Origin: Candidatus Moanibacter sp.
GTDB taxonomy: Bacteria > Verrucomicrobiota > Verrucomicrobiia > Opitutales > UBA2987
DNA length: 64,000 nt
Assembly: GCA_965215885.1 (NCBI GenBank)
Contig: CBDCEW010000102.1
Coordinates: forward strand, 1-64,000
Direction of reading: 5' to 3'
Under the pieces are notes generated by a model. It did not search any database and was not told where the DNA came from. It was given only the letters and a program-made list of their open reading frames with translations. The position numbers and the translations under genes are program-made. Position 1 is the first letter of the stretch. Every line of letters begins with the position of its first letter. This document shows positions 29,964 through 39,324 of the stretch, piece by piece.

Positions 29964-30790
29964 CTTTAAAGAGTTGGGACGGCGCTCGCCACACGCTCTT
30001 TCCCAGGTTGCTGTCATTTGGCGCTCTGCTTACGCAGGCTGACAGCTCCCCGACGCTATTCCTCGCGGCAACACGAAGTTTCGGTCTCATAGCAGGACCG
30101 TCGAAGTAGTTACTCACTTCGGTTTTCCAGTGAGGCCTCTCAGCGCGGTTCGGTTTTCGCCTGCCGACGTAAACTCGCCGCACCTGGTGAGGAACTCGCT
30201 GCATTGCGCCTTCCTCACACGTTTTCCCAAGGTCTGCCTCAGGAGGCTTCCTGAGCGTTGGCCTTGGGTTACGGGTCTGGCCTCTTACCTTTCAGGACAC
30301 TCTTTGAATGCAGTGCAGTCGATGTGTTTTCACACCGCCTGCCACGAGAGAAGTGTTAGCGGAGCTTTTGTTAAAGCCCGTTCACTCCCCGATACGGTCC
30401 GGCTTTTTCGCGCCTCCTGCGCCTAGCTTTTGGAGGCCTTCTGGATCGGCTGCCCTCTCCAGCCAGTTCCGTTCGGACTGGTATCCACGGTGGTATCCTT
30501 GACCATATCTAGGCCACCGTCTCCAGTGAAGAGTATCGAAACAACACTCTCCACGATCACTCAGCTCGGCACTGTTTCTATAATTTGTGGCTAACTGCCT
30601 CATCCTGCAGAACGCGATACATCAGGACACGACTCCTGAGGGCAGGACGGGTGGAATATGCCTTTGCCAAGTTCACGATTCACGAGGAATCGGTTGCTCT
30701 TTAAAAGGGGCCAGGAACACCAGTTTATTCATGACCTTTTCCCGGTTACCCGGGATTATCCTGAGGTAAGTCTATTCTTCACACGAGGTG
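29930..30790 (-). ncRNA. Candidate large structured ncRNA (~850 nt; possibly MISL motif); 5' end approximate
   Basis: No credible CDS; more than 10 successive hairpins, GUAA tetraloops and G-U pairs that work only on the minus strand; 3' terminator. Confidence 0.65.
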
Positions 30791-30845
30791 AAAAACAGAT
30801 CTTCCTTTTCTGCCAAAGAACTAATTAATAAGGTGTTGGTTTTCC

Positions 30846-30942
30846 TTAATCGCTTCGGGTTTAATTCCCCGAAGCTTGCTTCGTTTCTAATTCATAAAGT
30901 CTAATATCAAATGCCTCGGGGCTTGCCCCGAGGATCTTTACT
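30846..30942 (+). mobile_element. 92-bp PATE-like element, copy 4
   Basis: Identical to copy 3. Confidence 0.85.
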
Positions 30943-31194
30943 ATGTCAAATAAAAAGTGACATAAATTATTAATAACGAACAAGTTGTGAATAACGTGAG
31001 AATAAATCAGAGGGGTTCCGTGAATAAGTTCATAAACTTTCGTCAAAACAAGCAATTACGGAGCTGGCTGAGGTGAACAACCTACAGGAGACTGCTACCA
31101 CGCATTGTGAATAAAGATTCGCTGAGAAAGTTTTTTGATTCTTTTTTCGTTTTTTTTCGAAAAAGCCTCTCTTTTTCAGCAGCATGAAGAAACC

Positions 31195-32478
31195 CTACTG
31201 GAGGGTGTGTTCGTGAACAGGGATATCATGAAAGACGGCATCCATAATCTCACCGATGAGATAAATGGATCCAGTAGCGACGAGGATGTCATTGTCTTCG
31301 CCCATGGCACAATGACCAGGGAAAGGAAAGACCTCCTTTACGGTACTCTGGACGATATTGCCCTGGTAGGAAGTTGGGATAGCGGATCGGAGCTCCTGGA
31401 AAGAAGCAGCGCGGGGTTGTGCGGGTATGAGCAGGACAATCTGACGAGCGTAACGAGCGACTACGGGCATGAGAACGCCGGCCCGAAAGCTCCCAAGGGT
31501 ACCGACAATCACGACGGGCTTACGTCCGCACTCAATGATCAGGTCTTCCAGATTTTCGCATAGCATATCGGCCCCCTCCAAGTTGTGGGAAGTGTCAAAG
31601 TAGATCTTCTTTCCGCCGACGAAATGAGCATCCCAGCGCGCTGGCCAGTGAACCGATTGGAGGGCCGAATCCGCCGTCTTTTTGGTGACGGGAAACTCCT
31701 CGCTTAAGCGCTCGGCAACCATGGTGGCGACGGCCGCATTCCAACGCTGGTAGCGCCCCTTAAGGTTGGTCGATGGATAGCCATCGAGATCAGAACCGAA
31801 TCGCTCTTTGATCGAGAATAACTCCACTCCACGTTGGCTTGCGACATCCCGAATGACGTCTTCCGCATCACCTGGCAAATGTCCTAATACGAGGGGCCTT
31901 CCCTCTTTAATGATACCGGCCTTCTCAAGGGCAATCTGCTCCAAGGAATGGCCCAGGATATCGCAGTGATCGTAACTGATGGAAGTAATGATTGTTATCT
32001 CGGGACGGACGATATTGGTTGCGTCGAGGCGACCACCTAGACCCGTTTCAATAATACCGATATCAACTTCCTCCTGGCAGAAGCGCATGAACGCCATGGC
32101 GGTAACAAATTCGAAAAAGGAGGGGTGATCATCCGAATCAACAGCGGCCAGATTTTCCGCGACTTCCCGAAGGCGGCGGGAATGGGAAATGATCGAATCT
32201 CGATCTAAAGGATGCCTGTTCACCTGAATACGTTCACCGAGAAAGACCAGGTGTGGAGAAGTGAAGAGGCCGGTCTTATACCCTCCACTTCGGAAAATAG
32301 CCTCCAGCATGGCACAGGTCGAGCCCTTCCCGTTCGTTCCAGCGACATGAATAACCGGATAAGCTCTTTCGGGATGGCCGAGCGCCTCGGCCAATAATTC
32401 CATACGTTCGATACCGTACTTGGCACCATGGTGCCTGAGCCCATAGAGGTAGGCTTTAACATCTTCGTAGCTATTCAT
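31195..32478 (-). CDS. folC: Folylpolyglutamate synthase/dihydrofolate synthase
   Basis: HVAGTNGKGS, FTSPHL and ETGLGGRLDATN motifs. Confidence 0.95.
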   Translation of the reverse strand: MNSYEDVKAYLYGLRHHGAKYGIERMELLAEALGHPERAYPVIHVAGTNGKGSTCAMLEAIFRSGGYKTGLFTSPHLVFLGERIQVNRHPLDRDSIISHSRRLREVAENLAAVDSDDHPSFFEFVTAMAFMRFCQEEVDIGIIETGLGGRLDATNIVRPEITIITSISYDHCDILGHSLEQIALEKAGIIKEGRPLVLGHLPGDAEDVIRDVASQRGVELFSIKERFGSDLDGYPSTNLKGRYQRWNAAVATMVAERLSEEFPVTKKTADSALQSVHWPARWDAHFVGGKKIYFDTSHNLEGADMLCENLEDLIIECGRKPVVIVGTLGSFRAGVLMPVVARYARQIVLLIPAQPRAASFQELRSAIPTSYQGNIVQSTVKEVFPFPGHCAMGEDNDILVATGSIYLIGEIMDAVFHDIPVHEHTLQ

Positions 32479-32610
32479 CATCTTTATGCAGAATGTCGTT
32501 ACGGCGGGGTGCGGGAATATGGTCAGAGGAGGGACGATGGCTGTGCCAGGGGCCTATCGGACGAGGTTTGGCCCTTGCACAGCAATCCGACGACAAAGTC
32601 CGGCAGCCTG

Positions 32611-33489
32611 TTAGCCCGCCTTTCTCCCGTTGGCGGGTTGTCTACCGTGGTAAAGTGCGTGAAATAGCACAATCAGGCGTTCACGCAGTAAGGCTCGCGG
32701 TACGATCTGATCTATAAGGCCATGTTCGAGAAGGAATTCCGCGGTTTGAAAACCCTCGGGCAACTTTTCCTGAATGGTTTCCTTGATCACTCGAGGGCCG
32801 GAGAAGCCAACAAGGGCGCCGGGTTCCGCCAAAATAACATCGCCTAGAGTAGCAAAACTCGCGGTCACTCCCGCGAAGGTTGGATTCGTCAAGATAGAGA
32901 TGTAAGGTACTTTTGCTTCACTCAATATTGCCAACGCCGCACTGGTCTTTGCCATCTGCATAAGGCTAAGGATTCCCTCTTCCATGCGCGCACCTCCGGA
33001 TGCGCAAACGATCACCAATGGGATCTTTCGGCGGGATGATCGTTCGATGGCACGAGTGATTTTCTCGCCGACAACCGAGCCCATACTGGCTCCTCGAAAA
33101 CGGAAATCCATTATGGCGATGGAGACCAGAGTTCGGCCGATCTTTCCCAACCCACTGATTACGGCATCATTCATTCCGGTCTTTTTCTTATCCTTTTCCA
33201 GTTTATCCCGATAGGAAGCCGCACCCTTGAAGTTCAGTGGATCCGCCGAACTCAGCTCTGCATCGTGCTCTTCGAAAGACCCGGGGTTGAGCAGCAATTC
33301 GATACGTTCGGGAGCACTGAGGGGAAAGTGGTAGCCGCTCTTCGGCACGACCATGAGATTCTTCTCAAGCTCCTTGTTATAGACAATCTCACCGGAGAGG
33401 GGACATTTCGTATAGAGGTTCTTCGGGATGTCCTTCCTTTTGACGTCCACGGTGACTGTGGAATACTGCGGTTTGTTGAAGAATGCCAT
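32611..33489 (-). CDS. accD: Acetyl-CoA carboxylase carboxyltransferase beta subunit
   Basis: [20 protein letters not shown] and SLMQMAKTS motifs. Confidence 0.95.
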   Translation of the reverse strand: MAFFNKPQYSTVTVDVKRKDIPKNLYTKCPLSGEIVYNKELEKNLMVVPKSGYHFPLSAPERIELLLNPGSFEEHDAELSSADPLNFKGAASYRDKLEKDKKKTGMNDAVISGLGKIGRTLVSIAIMDFRFRGASMGSVVGEKITRAIERSSRRKIPLVIVCASGGARMEEGILSLMQMAKTSAALAILSEAKVPYISILTNPTFAGVTASFATLGDVILAEPGALVGFSGPRVIKETIQEKLPEGFQTAEFLLEHGLIDQIVPRALLRERLIVLFHALYHGRQPANGRKAG

Positions 33490-33636
33490 AGCTGCTCTGC
33501 CTTCGATTTCAGTAATCCCGAATCGACTCTATCCCGCTCGGCGGAATCATCATAATTACGAATCGGAATACCTGGTTACTGTCGGCCTGTGGAGGATGAT
33601 ACCGGAAATCTGAAAGAGTATTCCTAAGCGAGATAA

Positions 33637-34359
33637 TCATCCATGCGCAAGAGTCAAGACTCTCAAATTCCGCGCACCCGACTTCCTCAACACCCGACAA
33701 CAGGCATTCAGGGTTACACCGGTGGTAAATACGTCGTCAATGACAATATAGGATACGTCTTTTCGTAAAGCCTCCTTTTCGGACACGGCAAAGGCATTTG
33801 AGATATTCCGCTTGCGCTCTTCACGCTTAAGGCGCGTCTGGGTATCTGTATCCTTTGTGCGAACGAGGACATCCGCGATGGACAGTCCATTGCCTGCCGC
33901 AGAAAAGCACTGGGTAAGCACAAGGCTCTGATTATACCCTCTCTCGCGCTGTTTACGTGCATGCAATGGAACGGGGACTAGAACAGAATTCTCCAGAAAA
34001 CCGGGTAACCAGGAACACATCTTCATGATAGTCTGGACGTCCTCCAAGAGATAGAAAGCCCGGTGGTACTTCAATCTCTGGATGATTTCTCTACCCAGAC
34101 CACGATGAAGTAGGAGGGTTCGGCCGCTCTCGAAGATCGGTTCGAGGTCAATGCAGTGGGGACAGACACGGTCTTCCTCGACCGCACCAGGAATCGGATA
34201 TCCGCAGACCCCGCAACAGGGCGGCGCCACTCGATGGAGATGGGAGACACACCGCGTGCAGATATTTTTGAAAGGGCTACCCTCTATGAGTCCTTCGCAT
34301 CCTATACAAGAGTGCGGATAAATCACGTCGAGTAGCGCTTCCATCGATTGATAGCCCAT
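33637..34359 (-). CDS. comF: ComF family double-Zn-ribbon phosphoribosyltransferase
   Basis: CxxC pairs, VPVPLH..RERGYNQS and IDDVFTTG motifs. Confidence 0.9.
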   Translation of the reverse strand: MGYQSMEALLDVIYPHSCIGCEGLIEGSPFKNICTRCVSHLHRVAPPCCGVCGYPIPGAVEEDRVCPHCIDLEPIFESGRTLLLHRGLGREIIQRLKYHRAFYLLEDVQTIMKMCSWLPGFLENSVLVPVPLHARKQRERGYNQSLVLTQCFSAAGNGLSIADVLVRTKDTDTQTRLKREERKRNISNAFAVSEKEALRKDVSYIVIDDVFTTGVTLNACCRVLRKSGARNLRVLTLAHG

Positions 34360-34375
34360 TTTTGAGATCTTCCGA

Positions 34376-35353
34376 TTACTGCTTCCCAGGTTCCTCATTC
34401 CCTTTAAGCGAATAGTAGAGCCAAAGAGACATGCTAAGCAAGAGGAGGGTAGCCATCCCGCCGTCGATGATTCGCTCACTTCCCCACCAGAACTTCGAGT
34501 CGGTGCCGCCCGGACGGTAAAGCTTTTTAACAACCGCCAACAGAGAAACCCAGCCTGCATGCATGCCCATGCAGGACCAAAGCGAACGTGTCCGCATGAA
34601 GAGAAGTGTCAGGACCAGACCCACAAAAAACAGACCCACGAAGCGAAGAGGATGGAAAGTCTGCGTGATGCTTATGAGAGTCCAGAATCCGACATAGAAT
34701 CCGCTTCCCAGCGTCACGTCAGAGTCCGGAGCCCAAACCTGCTCGGGAATCTTTTTGAAATGCACGCATGCAAAGAAAAGGGAACTAATAAGTGCAGCTA
34801 TAAGAGGACTGCAAACGCAGTAAAAGGTGCGGAAGATTACACCTCGAAAGACCACCTCTTCGAGAAAGCCGACGATAATACCCGAGAGAAGAGCGGTAAT
34901 GATGATACCAAGAAACTCACTCCCAGAAAAATTAGCCCGCAGGATAAGGCTGCCCGCAAGAATCTGCCCTAAGACCACAATGAAGAGCAATGCGCTTCCC
35001 ACGCCTGCCCATCGCAGAAGTTCCCGCCAGAGACCTCGTTCGAGGCGAAAACCCAGAGTCACCCACGACCACAGACCACAGCGTCTTATCAGCCACGGCA
35101 GAAATAGGACGACAGGTAACCATCGGAGTCGGTCAAAATACCGCGGAAACCCTTTTTCAGCGAGATACTTGTTCAACTCGTTTGGAGCAGATTCGGCCCA
35201 AGCTGCGAACCCCCAGTAAACGAGGGGACTGACCACGGCGGCGAAGAGAAGAGAGCCGAAAAACAATAGAGCCACGAGGCAAAGGCCGCGCCAGGAGCGC
35301 TCATGAACTCCAAGTCCAAAAAGCAGAAAGGTGCTTTCGCGTGGCAACCCCAT
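34376..35353 (-). CDS. CPBP family (CAAX/Abi) intramembrane metalloprotease
   Basis: EEVVFRG, FACVH and MHAGW motifs. Confidence 0.85.
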   Translation of the reverse strand: MGLPRESTFLLFGLGVHERSWRGLCLVALLFFGSLLFAAVVSPLVYWGFAAWAESAPNELNKYLAEKGFPRYFDRLRWLPVVLFLPWLIRRCGLWSWVTLGFRLERGLWRELLRWAGVGSALLFIVVLGQILAGSLILRANFSGSEFLGIIITALLSGIIVGFLEEVVFRGVIFRTFYCVCSPLIAALISSLFFACVHFKKIPEQVWAPDSDVTLGSGFYVGFWTLISITQTFHPLRFVGLFFVGLVLTLLFMRTRSLWSCMGMHAGWVSLLAVVKKLYRPGGTDSKFWWGSERIIDGGMATLLLLSMSLWLYYSLKGNEEPGKQ

Positions 35354-35354
35354 A

Positions 35355-36095
35355 TCAATCGTAGAATACCCTATCAAGGAAGAGACCTTTGGAGGGAGCG
35401 GTCGGGATCAGGGCGGTGCGCTTCTTCTCTTTGAGAATTGCCTCGATATCGCCGACCTTCAGTTTTCCGATTCCCACATCGACAAGCGCCCCAGTCACAC
35501 TGCGTACCATCTTATAGAGGTAACCGCCAGCCTCGGTCGTCAGGCGGAGGCGGGGACCCTTCTGTGTGAGATCGAGACGCCGCATCTCTTTGATCGGATT
35601 CTCCCGAGAGCCATCTCCCCGGTCTGCCGCGAACGCGGAAAAATCGTGGTTACCTAAGAGAATTCGAGCGGCCTCTCGCATCAGTGTGGTATCGAGACGC
35701 CGCTTCCCGAGTGACCAGCAGTAGCGTGTTTCGCGAGGCGGTGCATACCCCTCATAGATGTGGTAGATGTAACGCTTGCCCGAAGCAGAGTAACGAGCGT
35801 GAAAGGATTGGGGGACACTCCGGATGGAAGAAACCTGAATACTCGCAGGAACTCCGGAACGGAAGGCGCGCAGGAGGTGCTCATGGGGATGCTCCCACTC
35901 AGCATCGAAATGAAAGACTTGCCTGCTGGCATGCACGCCGCTATCGGTTCGCCCGCTCCCGTGAATGCGAACCGGAACGTTGAGAATCGCGCGGAGACGG
36001 CCCTCCAGAATATCCTGCACGGTATTTCCGTCGACCTGGCTCTGCCATCCGTAAAAATCGGTGCCGTCATAGGCAACTATCGCCTTAAAGCGCAT
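35355..36095 (-). CDS. truA: tRNA pseudouridine(38-40) synthase
   Basis: YDGTDFYGWQ, GRTDSGVHA and FHARYSA motifs. Confidence 0.95.
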   Translation of the reverse strand: MRFKAIVAYDGTDFYGWQSQVDGNTVQDILEGRLRAILNVPVRIHGSGRTDSGVHASRQVFHFDAEWEHPHEHLLRAFRSGVPASIQVSSIRSVPQSFHARYSASGKRYIYHIYEGYAPPRETRYCWSLGKRRLDTTLMREAARILLGNHDFSAFAADRGDGSRENPIKEMRRLDLTQKGPRLRLTTEAGGYLYKMVRSVTGALVDVGIGKLKVGDIEAILKEKKRTALIPTAPSKGLFLDRVFYD

Positions 36096-36122
36096 GATTA
36101 CCCTGGGAAGCTGTCGGACTGA

Positions 36123-36551
36123 TTATTGGCAGGCCGAAAGTGAGCGATGGGCATCGAGAAAATCCTGCAGGATCAAAGTGGCAGCGCGGGAATCGATTTC
36201 CCCGGATTTGCGGGATAGGCGTTTGCCGATCGACTTCAAATCGATTTCCGCCTGATAGGTTGTTAACGTTTCATCGACGCGATGCGCCTCGATTCCAAAT
36301 CGACCTTGCAGTTCGTCGATAAAACGATCGACCTCCTTTGCTTTAAATCCCTCGCTTCCGTCCATATTAATCGGATAGCCAACTACAAGATAGGAGATAT
36401 CGCGGGCTGCTATGACTTCCCCTATGTGGCGCATGCGGTCCTTCTTTCGCCGTTGTCTGGCGGCGTCGAGAGGAACAGCCACGCCCAATTCATCAGCATA
36501 GCTCAATCCGATGCGTTTTTCACCGTAATCTATTCCAAGATAGTTCATCAA
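36123..36551 (-). CDS. ruvX: YqgF/RuvX pre-16S rRNA nuclease
   Basis: LGIDYGEKRIG, VDETLTT and IDSRAA motifs. Confidence 0.9.
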   Translation of the reverse strand: MMNYLGIDYGEKRIGLSYADELGVAVPLDAARQRRKKDRMRHIGEVIAARDISYLVVGYPINMDGSEGFKAKEVDRFIDELQGRFGIEAHRVDETLTTYQAEIDLKSIGKRLSRKSGEIDSRAATLILQDFLDAHRSLSACQ

Positions 36552-37636
36552 GAGAGATGATTCGTGTCGGGATCCTCGGCAATAGTCTGAACCAACGCCT
36601 TGATCTCCTGCGCCTTGGATTTCGAGCAGATCAGAGTCGCGTCGGGCGTCTGAACCACTATAAGGTCGTCGACTCCGAGAAGTGCGGTCATATGCCCTTC
36701 CTCAGAGACAACAATATTTCCTGTTGAGTCTTTCACCAGAGCGTGTCCCTTAATTACATTATTGTGTTCGTCACCAGTATGATGCCGAGCAATGGCCGGC
36801 CATTCTCCGACGTCATCCCATTTGAACGAGGATTCGATTGTAAGCACGTTGCCCGCCTTTTCAAGGAGGGCGTAATCTACCGAAATTCTGTCGAGGGAGG
36901 GATAGCAGGTATCCAGCAGCACATCCAGTTCTCCTCCCTTGGAAAGTTCCCTTTCAACTTTCTGCATAGCACCACAGAGAGATGGCGTATGCCGCATCAT
37001 TTCGACTTCGATTACGGGAACACGCCAAACGAAAATCCCCGCGTTCCAATAAAATTCGCCTGATGCCAGATATCTCTCCGCCGTCGGGCGATCGGGCTTT
37101 TCCACAAAACGCTGAACAGAATAGATGGACCGATTTTCAAGGGTAAAACGCACGGCGCCTCGATGAATGTATCCATAGCCAGTGGCGGGACGTGACGGTT
37201 TGACGCCGATGGTGACCAAGGCAGCTTCTCTTTCGGCCGCCTCGAAGCACGCTTCCAGGTCCTCGCGAAATCGAGCGGCGGAATCGATTACTGCGTCGGC
37301 CGGCAGTATTGCGAAGGCCCCGTCCGCCTCCCGAAGCTTGACCAGGATGGTGGCGAGCCCTACTGCGGCAGCGGTATCCCGGCCCATCGGTTCGCCGATC
37401 ACCTGTTCCGGCACAACCTCGAGAGGAAGATCGAGAATCGCTTCTCGCTGCTCGCGGTTTGTAATGATAAAGATGTTTTCGGCAGGCACCAGATCGGCGA
37501 TTCGATCGATTGTCTGGACCAGCATCGGCTTGTCCCCGACGATGGGTAACAAGTGTTTGGGACGGACGATGCGACTTAATGGCCAGAACCTCTCACCGCG
37601 TCCACCAGCCATAATTACGATAAAACGCTTATTCAT
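36548..37636 (-). CDS. manC: Mannose-1-phosphate guanylyltransferase
   Basis: MAGGRGERFWP.SR...PK, FVEKPD and WDDVGEW motifs. Confidence 0.9.
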   Translation of the reverse strand: MNKRFIVIMAGGRGERFWPLSRIVRPKHLLPIVGDKPMLVQTIDRIADLVPAENIFIITNREQREAILDLPLEVVPEQVIGEPMGRDTAAAVGLATILVKLREADGAFAILPADAVIDSAARFREDLEACFEAAEREAALVTIGVKPSRPATGYGYIHRGAVRFTLENRSIYSVQRFVEKPDRPTAERYLASGEFYWNAGIFVWRVPVIEVEMMRHTPSLCGAMQKVERELSKGGELDVLLDTCYPSLDRISVDYALLEKAGNVLTIESSFKWDDVGEWPAIARHHTGDEHNNVIKGHALVKDSTGNIVVSEEGHMTALLGVDDLIVVQTPDATLICSKSKAQEIKALVQTIAEDPDTNHLS

Positions 37637-37708
37637 TGGAGATCATCCGGATGAAAACTCCCCGTCCCGGCTCGCCGGGACGAGGTATTACCAAGTTAAA
37701 AAAGAGCG

Positions 37709-37736
37709 ATATTACAACCTTACCCGTACCCGTCAA
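37709..37736 (-). promoter_or_regulatory. Possible sigma70 promoter for the manC-ruvX-truA operon (TTGACG-16-TAATAT)
   Basis: Consensus match ~70 bp upstream of manC. Confidence 0.4.
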
Positions 37737-37783
37737 CGGCCTAACTGCTCGTCGGAAGAAATCCGGTTTCTGATAGCTTAGCA

Positions 37784-37845
37784 TTCCCCTGCGCCTCCTC
37801 ACAGACGCTCGAGGATGCGAGCGTCTGTGAGGAGGCGCAGGGGAA
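37784..37845. repeat. Perfect 28-bp hairpin (6-nt loop)
   Basis: TTCCCCTGCGCCTCCTCACAGACGCTCG / CGAGCGTCTGTGAGGAGGCGCAGGGGAA. Confidence 0.85.
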
Positions 37846-38108
37846 AGGTAAATAGATCTCATCATTTAGCACGAAATCCTAATTATCCCCGGCGCGAGGC
37901 CGGGGGATTTCCGATACCGCTGAGCGGGACCAGGACAGGCCGCGCACAATGAGAAAGAGTCAAGACAGAGATCCCGTCCGGCTTGCTGGGATGGGGTTCC
38001 AAGTTAAAAGTACAAAGTTGACAGGTTACATATCGGAACTTTGGTTTATTGTGTCCGGTCCTGAAGCGGGCAAAGGATTTCGGAGCCGATTGGAGAAGTG
38101 TAGCAATA

Positions 38109-39296
38109 ATGGATACAAGCATTGATTCCAAAATCGAATTGTCGCCTGATCAGATCGCTCGCTACAGCCGGCACGTCATACTCCCGCAAGTTGGGCTTGA
38201 GGGGCAGAAAAAGCTGGAAGCGGGAAGCGCGCTTGTTGTCGGGATGGGGGGATTGGGCAGCCCCGTAGCCCTCTATCTTGCCGCCGCCGGCGTGGGCACT
38301 CTCGGCCTGGCGGACTTTGACGACATCGAAGATCACAACCTGCAAAGACAGATAATCCATCGCACCGACAGGGTGGGGACGCCCAAGTTAGACTCGGCCT
38401 TAGAGGAACTCCGAAATTTGAATCCTCACACGACCTTGCGGGAACATCGAGAGGGTGTCACGATCGACAATGCGCTGAATGTCTTCTCAAAATATGACAT
38501 CATCGTTGATGGTTCGGATAACTTTCCCACACGATACCTCGTGAACGACGCCGCCTACTTTGCCGAAAGACCCCTCGTTTACGGGAGCATCTTTCAGTTC
38601 GAAGGTCAGGTCTCACTATTTCATTCGAAAGCGGGAGGACCCTGCTATCGATGCCTCTTTCCGAGCATGCCTGCACCCGGCACTGTACCGAATTGCGCGG
38701 AAGCCGGTGTCTTTGGGGCACTTTGCGGCGTCATCGGAAGCATGCAGGCCATGGAAGCAATCAAGCATCTTGTGGCCATAGGCGATTCGCTCATGGGAAG
38801 ACTCCTGGTCATCGATGCCCTTTCCATGAAATTGCGCGACCTCAACCTGAAACGGGCTCCGGAATGCCCTCTATGCGGACCAAATGCGCGGATTCATAGC
38901 CTCGAGGCTGAGAATTATGAATTTGATTGCGAGGTCGAATCCGAGGAAGCGACGGATGAAGAGACCGTCGGCGATTACCCCATGGAAGTTTCGATTGAGG
39001 ATGCGAAGGCTCTCCTCGATACGAATGAGTCCGCCTATCTCCTGGATGTGCGCGAGCCTTTCGAAGTGGCTATTTGTGCTATCCAAGGGAGCGTGAATAT
39101 ACCCATGCAACAGATTGCAGAGAATATTGGTGCGCTTCCCAGAGACGGAAATATACTGGTGCACTGTCACCATGGTGGACGAAGCCTCCACGTAACTAAG
39201 TACCTTCGGGCAAAGGGATTTCCGGCTGTCAGTAACGTAGCCGGAGGTATCGATGCATGGGCAGTGCGTATTGAACCGGGGATGAAGCGGTACTGA
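38109..39296 (+). CDS. moeB: MoeB/ThiF adenylyltransferase with C-terminal rhodanese (MoeZ-like)
   Basis: RYSRH, GMGGLG, NLQRQ, PCYRC and rhodanese CHHGGRS motifs. Confidence 0.9.
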   Translation: MDTSIDSKIELSPDQIARYSRHVILPQVGLEGQKKLEAGSALVVGMGGLGSPVALYLAAAGVGTLGLADFDDIEDHNLQRQIIHRTDRVGTPKLDSALEELRNLNPHTTLREHREGVTIDNALNVFSKYDIIVDGSDNFPTRYLVNDAAYFAERPLVYGSIFQFEGQVSLFHSKAGGPCYRCLFPSMPAPGTVPNCAEAGVFGALCGVIGSMQAMEAIKHLVAIGDSLMGRLLVIDALSMKLRDLNLKRAPECPLCGPNARIHSLEAENYEFDCEVESEEATDEETVGDYPMEVSIEDAKALLDTNESAYLLDVREPFEVAICAIQGSVNIPMQQIAENIGALPRDGNILVHCHHGGRSLHVTKYLRAKGFPAVSNVAGGIDAWAVRIEPGMKRY

Positions 39297-39324
39297 GCTT
39301 GAACTCCAATCTTACTTCCGGGAG

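Noticed and set aside
29837..30769. Short ORFs (60-98 aa) in the structured intergenic region
   Set aside because: Overlapping, no RBS or motifs, atypical composition; better explained by RNA structure
29930..30790. Group II intron, RNase P, tmRNA or rRNA fragment
   Set aside because: No domain V/GUGYG ends, no GAGGAAAGUCC or tRNA-like acceptor/T-arm, and no recognisable rRNA sequence
1948..30942. Repeated 92-bp palindromic unit as a CRISPR repeat or integron attC site
   Set aside because: Copies are dispersed, in both orientations, inside genes, with no spacers, cas genes or integrase
37860..38050. Riboswitch (SAM/Moco/TPP) upstream of moeB
   Set aside because: Some hairpins are present but I could not match any aptamer consensus; a cmscan would settle it
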